A stretch of DNA of 63,559 bases, filler included, from Salisapilia sapeloensis CBS 127946 (Eukaryota > Protista > Oomycota), in assembly GCA_023334545.1 (NCBI GenBank). It is 14 parts of 14 records of this genome, joined end to end, with 100 filler letters (N's around TTAATTAATTAA, not from the genome) between each part and the next. Parts side by side here need not be neighbours in the genome. Positions count along the whole stretch, not along the records: positions 32,655 to 36,409 come from JAADVB010000726.1; positions 36,510 to 38,340 come from JAADVB010001029.1; positions 38,441 to 45,009 come from JAADVB010000554.1; 11 more parts are not named here. One strand, written 5' to 3'. The notes below the pieces were generated by a model. The model was not told the origin of the DNA, ran no database searches, and worked only from the letters and a program-made list of their open reading frames with translations. Positions 33,359 through 44,100 of the stretch are shown here, in pieces; within the stretch, counting starts at the first letter, position 1, and every line of letters begins with the position of its first letter. The position numbers were made by a program, and so were the translations under genes.

Positions 33359-33376
33359 GCCAAAAGCCAAATGAGC
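33359..33376 (-). promoter_or_regulatory. Inr+FPR core promoter
   Basis: GCTCATTTGGCTTTTGGC, about 50 nt upstream of ATG 33307. Confidence 0.65.
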
Positions 33377-33435
33377 TGATGCGGAGCTCCTGTAGCTGAA
33401 GGCAGTGGTCACTTTTAGTTGAAACCCGCACTGAA

Positions 33436-33795
33436 CTATCTTTCTTTTCTCCGATCTTTCCTTTCAGTCTTTGTCCTAGTCCAGGACATTTCTATCGCTA
33501 GCAAGCTCTTCTTGGAGAATCTATGCTTTGCCTTCAGTCGATACAAAGTTCCCAGTCTTTTCCATCCATCGTGGACATCAACTACGTACAATCGTCGATA
33601 AACTTGCAGTCTTGCTCTGCAAATGATGCAGCCCGACCAGATATCGGATCCCGTCAGAAAGAAATCTTGGTAAAGGCTCAAGTCGATCGGATCCTGCATG
33701 CTTCGGTAGAAGCGCTCAGTATAAGTGAGCGGTGCAATAACGTCAGAAGACATCTCATGATGAGGATCATCTTCTTTCGAGACGTGCACACACAT
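33436..33795 (-). CDS. Hypothetical protein (possibly last exon of a longer gene)
   Basis: Protein-like composition (YRRLYVVDVHDGWKRLGTLYRLK); no family recognised. Confidence 0.3.
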   Translation of the reverse strand: MCVHVSKEDDPHHEMSSDVIAPLTYTERFYRSMQDPIDLSLYQDFFLTGSDIWSGCIICRARLQVYRRLYVVDVHDGWKRLGTLYRLKAKHRFSKKSLLAIEMSWTRTKTERKDRRKER

Positions 33796-34966
33796 TCACT
33801 ACTTTAGAACTGTATAAAGCATACTGCACTCGGCATCACTTCAAATGAGGTATCAGTAGTCTTACTAGGCAAGCGAGTGCTCAACAAACGTACCACACCG
33901 CGAGCTACCACACCCATCTGCACAATATCTACATCTATTGCAATCTGCTATCGCTCTTCCGCCCCAATGATACCGAATGTAAAGCAAACAAGAGATACCG
34001 CAGCCCCCATACCAACGCGAACCCATTTTCGAATTTTCTACATTCGTATTTTGTGTCAAGCAAAGACTTTTGAGTCCGATAATACAATTTCAATGTACGT
34101 ATGTCAATGCGCACTTCCCTTGCACCCCAAACACGCCAAATCGAGCCATCATCCCTCTACCTTTTTGAAGCGCTTTCTCCATAGTCATGAAGATGTGCTC
34201 AAGTAGTAGCTACTAGAGTCCCAAGCGTCACGCCAGCCAATGAAAGCGGTACAAGTTTCTGACAGTTTCTTGTGGAGCAGCTCCCATGAGATTAGCTAGT
34301 CACGCACTCTGTTGCTTACATATAAACGTGTCGATATCCACACAGGTTTTAATCAATCCACTAGCCACGTCCCTATATCGAATGCCTCGCGGACTAAGCA
34401 CTTTCCGGTGAAAACCTAGGGCTACGTGTGCACCAATTTGGAACGCGAGCCAGGTAGCGTCGACACGACGCAACTCCCTGAATGGTTATCTGGCCGTCGG
34501 AGAGTCGGAGTGGGCGACGAGCATGGGAGAACGGGTCTTCCCTTCGCCCGTGTTGCGTAAATTTTCGTCATCAACCTCTCTTCGTATCCCTCGTAATCAC
34601 CAGGCAACTAATCCTTTACGTGACAGTTTCCGTGTTTGGGAGGAGTCATGCAAAACGGCGAGTAGAGTCGTTTTCAGTGCTCGCGGCTTGACGTCAATCT
34701 CTCGAGAGTTGTCCTAGTGAGTCACCTATAAAGCATGGGTTGTCGCAAGCGCAGTGCCCTGTTCTGCCGTCGTGTTTTCGCTCTTGCAGTCTACCATGTT
34801 GAACTAATGGACAACCATCCATCGCCACGATCCATTTCGCTTCGGCCATTTCCGGCTCAACAAACGGAGAGCTGTCCCGTGTATGTGAAACGATCCTCGC
34901 GTACACCTGGTGTCCCTTGGTCCACTGCGTCATACATTTTCCGCACTATTCGGACTGCCCTTGTCT

Positions 34967-36409
34967 ATGTCCACTCGAAACTCTGAGATGGAAGTTGCCA
35001 GCAGCCTCGGTGAAAGGCAACCTGCAGTGAATCCCAGGAGACACAACTCGAGGCGTCGACGCCTTCAAAACACGCACGAAGCCGAACAAAACAAAAAGCT
35101 CGAGGAAGAAAATTTCCACTGGTTCCATTCTCCGATTCGCCTCGCGCCAGACACACATATATCCTGCGGTGACAGAATGATGCGCATGACGGCTACCGTC
35201 GACGCACTCCCGAACACGACACACAAGCGTCCGCGAGAGGACGAACTGGCCACATTGGCGGCGCGCGCCTCCCAGGCACGGCGGCTGGAGAACACGGAGT
35301 ATGCTCCGCAGCGCCAGACGCCGGCGCTACCGAAACTCTCTCAGTTGCTCCACCAGAACACTTCGTCGCCTCCGCCAGTGCTGCGGCCACCACACTGCTA
35401 CCAGGGAACGGACCCGCCTACCACCGGCCGATCGACGCTGTTGCCGAGCTTCCGTGTCCCGGAAGACCTTCCCTCCAAACAACTTTCGCCCAAGTCAGCC
35501 ATGAGTCGCAAGGTCGAGTTCGACGATTGCAGCGCTCCGAGCCAGCAGGAGGCATGCGAAGAAGAAGACAAGACACCTTGGCCGGATGCAGAGCAGTACT
35601 ATGACCTTTTACAGAACGTCGGTCGCAACGGCATCCCGGTGTACGACCTGGGTGTGGATCCTCGGGGCGTTCCGCTCCACCCGGAGGACATCTACAGCCA
35701 GCCAAAGTCTTGCATGTACTTCCTCAAGTGCAGCCAGTTGCTCGGCAAGGGCTCCTTTGGTTTCCCTCGCAAGCGTCGACAGTCGGCAGCGGAGGCCAAC
35801 GACAAGAAGCGCAAGCTCAAGGGCAGGAAGGAGTCGAGCAAAGAGTTTGAGTGGCGCAAGATGAGCTTCGTGACGGGTCTGCCGAAGAAGCAGCCCAAGG
35901 TCCGCTACGTGACGGCGACGTGCTACAGCCGCGCGACGGCTGTGAGCGACAAGAAGAAGGTGTACCGGATGCACGCGGTCATGCTGGCGGACGAGAGCGG
36001 TACGGGTGAGGATGGGGACCACGTGCTGGTGCACATCCGTGCAGGCGGGAGCAAGCGGACGGGCGTTCGCCCGTTCTCTCGCAGCGACGTGTCAGAGCCT
36101 TTAGTGGTTGCCGGCGCGCATCGCCCAGTCTCTCCCCCACCGTCAGCGGTGTCGAGTCACTCTGCGCAAGAGCAGGCGTCTTCTGCGTCTCCGCACAACA
36201 AGAAGCTTTTGCACGTGGACTTTGGCTCGGCGGCGGAAGAAGCTGCTGCGTCGAGCGGGCGTCACGCGAACTTTGACAAGATGCAGGAGATGGTGTTGCA
36301 GAACGTATCGACGGAGGAGGACTTGAAGCGGCTCTTTGCCAACCTCCAGAACGCCATCAAGACGAACTCTCCGTCGCGGTCGAGTGGAGATGTGCAGGAC
36401 GCGTACTAG
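34967..36409 (+). CDS. Putative transcription factor with divergent CG-1/NAC-like DNA-binding domain
   Basis: Long ORF (ATG 34967 assumed). Globular block 35576-36040: QPKSCMYFL...FEWRKMSF...YRMHAVML...HVLVHIR, flanked by disordered Pro/Ser regions. The coding call is solid; the function is inferred. Confidence 0.7.
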   Translation: MSTRNSEMEVASSLGERQPAVNPRRHNSRRRRLQNTHEAEQNKKLEEENFHWFHSPIRLAPDTHISCGDRMMRMTATVDALPNTTHKRPREDELATLAARASQARRLENTEYAPQRQTPALPKLSQLLHQNTSSPPPVLRPPHCYQGTDPPTTGRSTLLPSFRVPEDLPSKQLSPKSAMSRKVEFDDCSAPSQQEACEEEDKTPWPDAEQYYDLLQNVGRNGIPVYDLGVDPRGVPLHPEDIYSQPKSCMYFLKCSQLLGKGSFGFPRKRRQSAAEANDKKRKLKGRKESSKEFEWRKMSFVTGLPKKQPKVRYVTATCYSRATAVSDKKKVYRMHAVMLADESGTGEDGDHVLVHIRAGGSKRTGVRPFSRSDVSEPLVVAGAHRPVSPPPSAVSSHSAQEQASSASPHNKKLLHVDFGSAAEEAAASSGRHANFDKMQEMVLQNVSTEEDLKRLFANLQNAIKTNSPSRSSGDVQDAY

Positions 36410-36509
36410 NNNNNNNNNNNNNNNNNNNNNNNNNNNNNNNNNNNNNNNNNNNNTTAATTAATTAANNNNNNNNNNNNNNNNNNNNNNNNNNNNNNNNNNN
36501 NNNNNNNNN
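36410..36509. other. Artificial contig spacer
   Basis: 44 N + TTAATTAATTAA + 44 N. Confidence 0.98.
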
Positions 36510-36888
36510 AGTGACATGAATACTCGGAGCAGTCGCGAGGAATCCACGCCAAGGAAGCGCCTCTGTCCGAGTGATTCGCTCAGCCCCAACCAACAAGCTA
36601 CTCGATGCACCTGGTCAGCAAGAGTCTCCGAACTGCGATGCTGTCTTCATGGCAAATTTTAGTCGTCCTTTGATACCAAACTTGTGAAGACCCAACGAAC
36701 CTCATCGTCATTCGCATGAAACTCCCTTTCATTACCCTCCGAGTCAACGGCTCTGCTGCCACTATCCAATCAAGCTCCTACGGTTTCCTTCTTTTCGTGC
36801 CCGTTACTCTGTCCAGGCCACGGATGCGATTGTGCAGTGGCCAACGCCGGCGAGAATCGGCTTCCAAACGCCAGCAACCTTTTCTACT

Positions 36889-36904
36889 TCATTCTCACTT
36901 TTGC
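36889..36904 (+). promoter_or_regulatory. Inr+FPR core promoter of CBEL
   Basis: TCATTCTCACTTTTGC, a near-consensus match about 35 nt before ATG 36939. Confidence 0.75.
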
Positions 36905-36938
36905 TTCGTACACGCCAACCAACACAAACACCCCCGAC

Positions 36939-37802
36939 ATGAATCCGATCGCATCCAAGTCCTTCTTGGCCTTTGCCCTGACTGTCGCCGCCGTCTCTGC
37001 TCAAGACGAGTGCGACGTCGAGCCGTATGGAATGTGTGGCACTGACGCCATCGTCGGGTGCTGCCCGGAGAACTACTATTGCCAGCCATGGAATCCTGGC
37101 TTCTACCAGTGTATGGATACCATCGAAAAGTGTCCGGAGCAGCAAACCAACATGGACTACCCTGGAAACGACCTCTTCACCGTCTACAATATCAACCCGA
37201 CCGAGTGCTGCGACGCCTGCGCAGACGAACCGGACTGCGTCGCGTACACGTTCGTGAATGTGGGTGCCATGGGACCCGCCTGTTACCTCAAGAGCAACGC
37301 GACCGAGGGCGTTGAGAAGAGCGGTGTCGTCTCCGGTATGCTGCACAGCATGTACAGGTCCGCGTCCGGCTCGGGCTCCTACCCGTCTGTCGGGGATGAC
37401 AGCATGTCTGGATCGAGTGCCAGCGTGGACGCAGGGGATAACAGCACGTCTGCCTCACAGGAATGTGAGACGAAAGCCTATGGAAGCTGTGGTGACAGCG
37501 AGAGCACCAGTTGCTGCCCGGAAAGCTTCTACTGCGTCCCGTGGAATTCAAACTACTACCAGTGCATGGAGAAGCCGGCAGAGTGCAGCGAGCAGGAGAC
37601 GGATGTGGACTACGTTGGCCATGACATTCGTGACGTGTCCGTTGGTGAGCCTTCGCTGTGCTGCGCCGAGTGCGCCAAGACAGAGGGCTGCAACGCCTAC
37701 ACATACGTGAACAGCAACGCGAACGGACCCAGGTGCTACCTCAAGACCTCGTGGGAGGGAGCCGTGGAGCTAAAAGGTGCCGTTTCCGGAAGACTTGACT
37801 AG
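36939..37802 (+). CDS. Cellulose-binding elicitor lectin (CBEL)-like: 2x [CBM1 + PAN/Apple]
   Basis: Signal peptide, then YGMCG...CC...YCQPWN..FYQC (CBM1) + DYPGNDL...ECCDAC...CVAYTF...CYLK (Apple). A Ser/Gly linker separates this from a second complete CBM1-Apple unit. Confidence 0.92.
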   Translation: MNPIASKSFLAFALTVAAVSAQDECDVEPYGMCGTDAIVGCCPENYYCQPWNPGFYQCMDTIEKCPEQQTNMDYPGNDLFTVYNINPTECCDACADEPDCVAYTFVNVGAMGPACYLKSNATEGVEKSGVVSGMLHSMYRSASGSGSYPSVGDDSMSGSSASVDAGDNSTSASQECETKAYGSCGDSESTSCCPESFYCVPWNSNYYQCMEKPAECSEQETDVDYVGHDIRDVSVGEPSLCCAECAKTEGCNAYTYVNSNANGPRCYLKTSWEGAVELKGAVSGRLD

Positions 37803-38340
37803 AAAGATACTTAATAAAGATAACCGTCTAACTCTCTCCTGGCACACCATTTCTTTAAGCGTCCCTTACTACCCGTCGTCCCCCGAAGCTGCTCAGTTCG
37901 TGCAGCGGCCCAAAGTCCGCCATCACGTCCTTCTTCCATGCCTCCGCCGGCACTCTTCCTTCATCTGCCACCTTGGCAAACGCAGTCGGAATGTACGCTT
38001 CCTTCGGCTGGTCGTTGTGGCACCGACCTTAATCCAGCTCGGCCACCACGAATTATGCAGTACGGAAGAACAGAGCAATCACCTGTCACTTCGTTCTAGA
38101 TGTCCACATCAATCCTCTGACAGAAATGAAACCACTTTAGTCATGGTTGGTAAGCATACCACTTGAGACGTGGTTTGCAATCGAGGAAGAAGAGATCCCG
38201 AATTCTTGAGGTAGTAATGGATGCAGTAGGCGCACATGATTGAAGTGGAAGCCTCTACATGAGGCAGCTGCAGTGGCACCAAGTCAAGCGTAATCGGCAC
38301 TTCTCCATTTGCTACGGCTCGACCAAGTTACTCCTCCCAA

Positions 38341-38440
38341 NNNNNNNNNNNNNNNNNNNNNNNNNNNNNNNNNNNNNNNNNNNNTTAATTAATTAANNNN
38401 NNNNNNNNNNNNNNNNNNNNNNNNNNNNNNNNNNNNNNNN
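38341..38440. other. Artificial contig spacer
   Basis: 44 N + TTAATTAATTAA + 44 N. Confidence 0.98.
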
Positions 38441-38666
38441 CACGCACAGGGTCGGTCAAGAATGCCTCGAAAACGTCGTTCATCCTGCTCTTCCTCCGAT
38501 CCGATTGTTCATGTCCGGATCTAGTGACCAGGGTCAAAATACCAAAAAACAAGTAGAAATACTAGAGTATCATGCAAATCGCTTGAGCTAAGACGAAGCA
38601 ACGAGTCGTTTTGGAAGCCATTTTTTGTTTAACGATTTAAGTCCCACCACCATTTAACTCCTGTCC

Positions 38667-40769
38667 ATGAAGGTGGATCCATTGGCATGCGTACAAGTTG
38701 TGGTGGATGCGAAACATAGGACGCTTCCATGCATAGGCGAAGACATCGCTCGACTCATCTCGAACTTCGTGGATGTGACGCAGTATCGAACGCTGGAGAA
38801 AGCGGCAGGTCTCGGTTCCGTTCGTTTGATGGAAAGGTGGCTCCAAGTGGTGAAGCGAAGCCTCCGATATGACGAATGGTCCGCAGCGATGGTATGTGCA
38901 GCTCAACTGGGCCAATTGGAATCCCTGCGATGGCTACGTGAACTCCAGCCTTATCGAACGGTTCCTCAATCAGCTTTGAATGCTGCAGCTGCAAGTGGTC
39001 ATCAGCAATGTACCGAATGGCTATATACCCTACGACCTCATGGATTCACTAGCACTGCCATCGACGGTGCGGCTGCAAATGGACACAAAGACATCATTTC
39101 ATGGCTACAGAGCTTGGGCGAAGAGAGTGGAGCGGATGCTACCTATCGTGCCATGGACAACGCTGCAGGTGGAGGACATCTAGACCTTGTCAAATGGCTA
39201 AGTGTAAGTCGACAAGAAGGCTGTAGTGCGGACGCGATGGCTCAAGCTGCTGCTCAAGGTCACAGGAGCATTTTGGAATGGCTAGACACAAATACATCTA
39301 TTGATGTGCACATGAAAACATTAAAGAAAGCTGCATCGGCTGGCCGTCTAGATGAATTGAAGTGGCTCAAGTCCAAGTTGATCTCTGATACAGACTGGCC
39401 AGAAGACATCGTGCTGTTGGCAGCCAAAAACGGTTGTCTCGAAATCGTCCAGTGGATAGCAGGCACCTTTTCTCATATCCTTTCTCGAGACTTTATAATC
39501 GCCTCTGAACTTGCGGCTCGAAATGGTCATCTCGATGTGATCCGGTTCCTCTATCCTTTCGCCAGTGATCCCGGCTTCCCCTCCATCAATCGACTTGGAA
39601 GAGTACCGGAGATGTCCGTGTCATCTGGTAACCTAGATCTTCTGCATTGGTGGTATGAAGAAGTAGCTATGAAGCATCCAGACGTGCCATCGTTGATGCG
39701 TGTGGATGCGTTGTTTCGAATGGCAGCAGCTGGAGGTCACCTTGAGACGATGGAATGGCTGTATCATCAACTTGGCGCAAAAGCAACACCGAAAGCGCTG
39801 GACTGGGCGCTCATAAATGGACATGACAATGCCGTCCGGTGGCTGTATGATCACTTTTGTCTCCACTGTCAGTCCTTTTCGATACAAAAAGTTGCTGCAC
39901 GAGGCTCCCTCGACATTCTTCGTCTGATAGCATCCCATTCACATGACGCATTCAGTACTCGTGCACTGGAGCATGCAGCAGCGTATGGTCATCTACAAGT
40001 TGTTCAATTCCTCATGGAGGAAATGCATGTAAATTGTTCCGTCGGTGTGGTCGACATGGCTGCTGCAGCGGGTCACCTGCATGTTGTCCAGTACTTGCAT
40101 ACGTCTGGTTGGAACCACTGCACTTCATTTGCAATGACTGGTGCAGCCTCAAAAGGATGTCTGGAGACTGTCCAGTGGCTGTATTGGCACTGGGCAGACG
40201 ATTGCGACGTGACTGCGGCTGCAGATGCTGCGGCAATGAAGGGACATTTAGCAATACTTCAGTACCTACATGAACAAGATACGATCGAAGCAACGTCGAG
40301 AGCTATGGATGAAGCGAGTGCGTGGGGACACTTGGATATATTGATTTACCTTCATAACCATAAGATTGGTGGCTGCTCCACTCGTGCGATGAACATGGCA
40401 GCATCGAGGGGTTTCCTCGATGTCGTTCAATGGCTTCATTTCAATCGCCAGGAAGGATGCACTACTGAAGCGATCGATAGAGCAGCCGAGCACGGGCACT
40501 TCCATGTGATCAAATGGCTCCACCAGCATCGAAACGACGGGTGCTCTCGCGCTGCCATGGACCAAGCCGCCGGATCCGGTCATCTGCATATTCTAAAGTG
40601 GCTGCATGCCAACCGAAGCGAAGGGTTTTCTCCCGAAGCCATCTACTTGAGTTCTGAACGAGGTTTCACACAAGTCGAACAATGGTTACGTCTGCATGAC
40701 CCGACACCTCGCTTATGTCGAACTTGTTGTACAGATACGCCAATGACGACGTCCAGTTCATTTCTTTGA
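38667..40769 (+). CDS. Oomycete-type ankyrin repeat protein
   Basis: Many short repeats of A[MI]DxAAxxGHLx[VI]VxWL across a 700-aa single-exon ORF. Confidence 0.9.
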   Translation: MKVDPLACVQVVVDAKHRTLPCIGEDIARLISNFVDVTQYRTLEKAAGLGSVRLMERWLQVVKRSLRYDEWSAAMVCAAQLGQLESLRWLRELQPYRTVPQSALNAAAASGHQQCTEWLYTLRPHGFTSTAIDGAAANGHKDIISWLQSLGEESGADATYRAMDNAAGGGHLDLVKWLSVSRQEGCSADAMAQAAAQGHRSILEWLDTNTSIDVHMKTLKKAASAGRLDELKWLKSKLISDTDWPEDIVLLAAKNGCLEIVQWIAGTFSHILSRDFIIASELAARNGHLDVIRFLYPFASDPGFPSINRLGRVPEMSVSSGNLDLLHWWYEEVAMKHPDVPSLMRVDALFRMAAAGGHLETMEWLYHQLGAKATPKALDWALINGHDNAVRWLYDHFCLHCQSFSIQKVAARGSLDILRLIASHSHDAFSTRALEHAAAYGHLQVVQFLMEEMHVNCSVGVVDMAAAAGHLHVVQYLHTSGWNHCTSFAMTGAASKGCLETVQWLYWHWADDCDVTAAADAAAMKGHLAILQYLHEQDTIEATSRAMDEASAWGHLDILIYLHNHKIGGCSTRAMNMAASRGFLDVVQWLHFNRQEGCTTEAIDRAAEHGHFHVIKWLHQHRNDGCSRAAMDQAAGSGHLHILKWLHANRSEGFSPEAIYLSSERGFTQVEQWLRLHDPTPRLCRTCCTDTPMTTSSSFL

Positions 40770-41121
40770 TTATCTTTTAGTTAGGAATCTTCATATTGGA
40801 TAATGCATCCCAAAGTTTCCATATCAACGCAAAAGACGAGTATTGTCCTGTGAAAGGGAAGCATGGACAGACTTTGAACGATTGTACACTTTGTATTGCT
40901 GGAAAGCAGTTTCGGTCATTCACATGAACAGTTGCGACTCCGCTATGAAGAGACTTTACGCATACCGACTGATCTCAGGCGCTGCCGTAACATCTGACGC
41001 AGCACAACAAGACAGATCGCTTTGGATTGAAAGTGCTCATTCGGCTTTTACAAAGGAGAGGTCGGACGGATTAAATGGTACTCTGGTCAAGAACATGTAC
41101 GAGTAGCGTTCAGTCGTGACA

Positions 41122-44100
41122 ATGTCGTCCACTGAAGCTGCACTGCTGGTCTCGCTTGTGGGGCAGCCTCATCATCGAGCCCCATCTTCGGACTAGTCAG
41201 CTCAAACATGTAAGCTTTTGGCAGAGCGCTTCACAGAGTTTGTAAACACCATCGAGCCAGTAAAAGACTCCAAAGCCGTAGAAGACTGGGAACATTTGGC
41301 GGAGGATCCGCTGGTAACCGACTGTAAAGTCGAGGTGAAGCAGTTCTCTCAAAACGAAGTGCAACTTTCAAAAGCTGCTTGTGACCTATTAGAGCCGAAA
41401 GCAGAGACCAAGAACGGCTTTCCGAGCGAAAGTAAGAGTGAGTTTCGTTGTGTTTACTGGTTGCCGCAGTATGGCTGTGTGATTCAGACTCAGGCAGCCA
41501 GCGCTTTCAGTGTAAACGTGCGAGTGGTCTATCCTGATAGCTGGAAGCGTGTCGTGCATGTACTATCGTCTGAAAATGCTATCCGCACCGCTGTGCCGGA
41601 GACGGTGTCTGTGATTAGTTGTCATACGATCGAACTGTCATCGCTAGAAAAGTTTTACGAAGCGTTCTGGGCAGAGTTGGAGAAGGCGCAAAACCGCCAC
41701 AAGTCAGAGTGAAGTGCTGCCGCAAACGATATCGGACATCAGAAGACTGCACAGTTTATTGCTTGCTTGCTAACGGAAGCGCTGAAATCATTACCAAATC
41801 ATACAGGTGATACCTTTGGGCCTCGAGGCGGTACGACGGATGTTGGGCTTCACACTGGCGGACAAGCACGTGATACATGCTGGGCTTTGGTATGGGCCGC
41901 AGTGAAGCAGAGCTTGCCCGGAAAAGGCGCTCTTTACGACAAAGTGATGCTGATTTTTGAGCTTCATGTGCTTTCGATGTACGCAAATTTCATTTGCCCG
42001 TTTATGTATGAACAGCCTTCACCACTTTGGTATCTATTGGAAAATGCCATTGGAATGCTTCAACGCGTTGTTGTGAAAGGCGTATCATTGCATGACGGCG
42101 GCTACAATGTACAAATACTTGTGGAGCGATGAGGCCACATCCGTTCGATATTAGATAACATTAAAAGACTTTTTCGCATCGGATTTAAGTCCAAGTGGCA
42201 ACTCCACACTAGGGCTAGCTTATAACAAGCTGCAGAGGCATTCAAACACTTTGAGCTCGAAGACTTCGACTATCAAGAAATCTACTTGACACCTCCCGAC
42301 CTGGAAAAAGTACTAGCTCGGCAACTGCCGATGCTGGAGTTCTCTACCCTTTGTGACGGTTCGACTTGTACTATACAAGAACTTTTTACCTGGGTAGGCG
42401 TCATCGCGTCCGAGCACTGCGCCGAGACTACGCGTATTCTGCAAGTGCTACGAGCGATTGAAATATACACCTTTACCCAAGCCAGGCGTGTTTGTGATAG
42501 CTCTGGATCGCCTGAGGCTCCATCTGCAGAAGACTTGCTGAATGTTGTGAATTACCACACATCGCATTTCGACAAATGTGCTGCCAATAAGAAGCTGTCT
42601 GAAAGCCCCGTCAATGTTATGAATCAAATAAGCCGGCATGTACTTGTCTGCTGGATTGCGTTTGCTCTGACACACCAGCAAGTGGCTCGAAAGTGGGCCT
42701 TTACGAAAGATTACAGCGTAGCACTGAATTATAAGGATCTTGAGCATCTCGTGCTGCGGGATAACGAGGCGGTTGCTGCCCTTTGTGATGTGGCTTCATA
42801 CTTGCGATTGTGGACGAATGGCAAGGATCCGATCTTTCATCTAAGTGAGCTACGAGGAACACTGGACTTTGGAAGAAAAATAGCGGAAGTCGGTATATCA
42901 TACAGACCAATCCGTTGTAAAGTAAAAGAAGACATCCAGGACAACGTTAAGCAAATATGGGATGAAGTGGTCGCGAAGAAAGCCGAGCTCGAACGTTTAA
43001 GATCTGCACTAATCGAAGCGGAAGCGGAGCTGCCGATTGTTCGTGCTAATTTTGATGCGAAAAAGGAAGAGCTTGCTGAACTACGTGCTGAGTTTCCTTA
43101 TGATTAGCACTCACCAGAGGCCGTCAATGAAGCTCGACAGATTTATGGCGATTTAAAAAAGCGGATTTCTCCATTATCGAGAGCGATTAAAGCCGCAAAA
43201 GAAATGCCGACATTTATCACAAGCCCGCTACCTTCTCTACAGACCCAATAATCACAGGTTTGATCTATATTCACATGCCGCGACAGATTGAGCTACTCGG
43301 TCAACTTTGTATGCTATCTCAACAAGCACTTGCTATGTCATGCGATATTGAGGATGTGGATGGTCTGAACTGGCGCAATCACTTCAATGCTTATAGTTCT
43401 TATTCAGTAAAGGTCAATTCGTTCACGACTGTTTCACCTGACCTCGAAATTCCAACCCACTACGGTCCATCTTTAGTTGATGTAGATACGCTTGATGATA
43501 TTGCTAGTCGATGCGTTTAATATCCTCCGGCAAGCGGAATGAGACTGAAATGGGCAGATAGATATGGCACTTTTGTCAATCCGTTTACTATTAAACGAGA
43601 GTCGTCCGTTGCTTACTTCACTTCGAGAATGACGAAAGAGTACGAGAAGCTTCAGTGGGCGGTGGATGCACCTGGAGGGAATAGTCATGGCAACTATTCG
43701 TATGCTAAGTTTGATGAGATACCTGACGAAGATTTTGAGCGTCATTCATTCATTGCAATGGGATCGTTGCGAGCTTTTTCGAATCAGCAAATGAGAAAGA
43801 TTTGTGCTGTCATCAAGGAAAATAAGCTACCTTGGGCACACCCGGCAGTGAAGATAATCATTCAACAAGCCGTTTATCATGTAGGAGAGCTATCTGATGA
43901 GGAGCGACCAGCATTGGTGTAGAAGTCAGATATGACCAAGCACAAAGGATACAAAGTGCTGCTGCAAGCGTTAAAGAGCGCAACCGAGAACTTGTCGACG
44001 ACACTTCGCCACTTTACGTCGATAAAACTGTTGAGTAAGCTTACTGGGTGGCTCTCTCAATATAATGAAGGCACAATTTCAATCGTTCGTGAGTACGTCG

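Noticed and set aside
13158-37802. One large cell-wall/virulence island (LPMOs + GPI cluster + CBEL)
   Set aside because: The genes lie on different contigs separated by artificial spacers.
37830-38340. RhoGAP-like minus-strand relic (AYCIHYYLKNSG)
   Set aside because: The similarity is a few residues with several stops; too weak.
38667-40769. Ankyrin protein as a viral or HGT novelty
   Set aside because: This short-repeat ankyrin type is a large, common oomycete family; nothing here indicates foreign origin.
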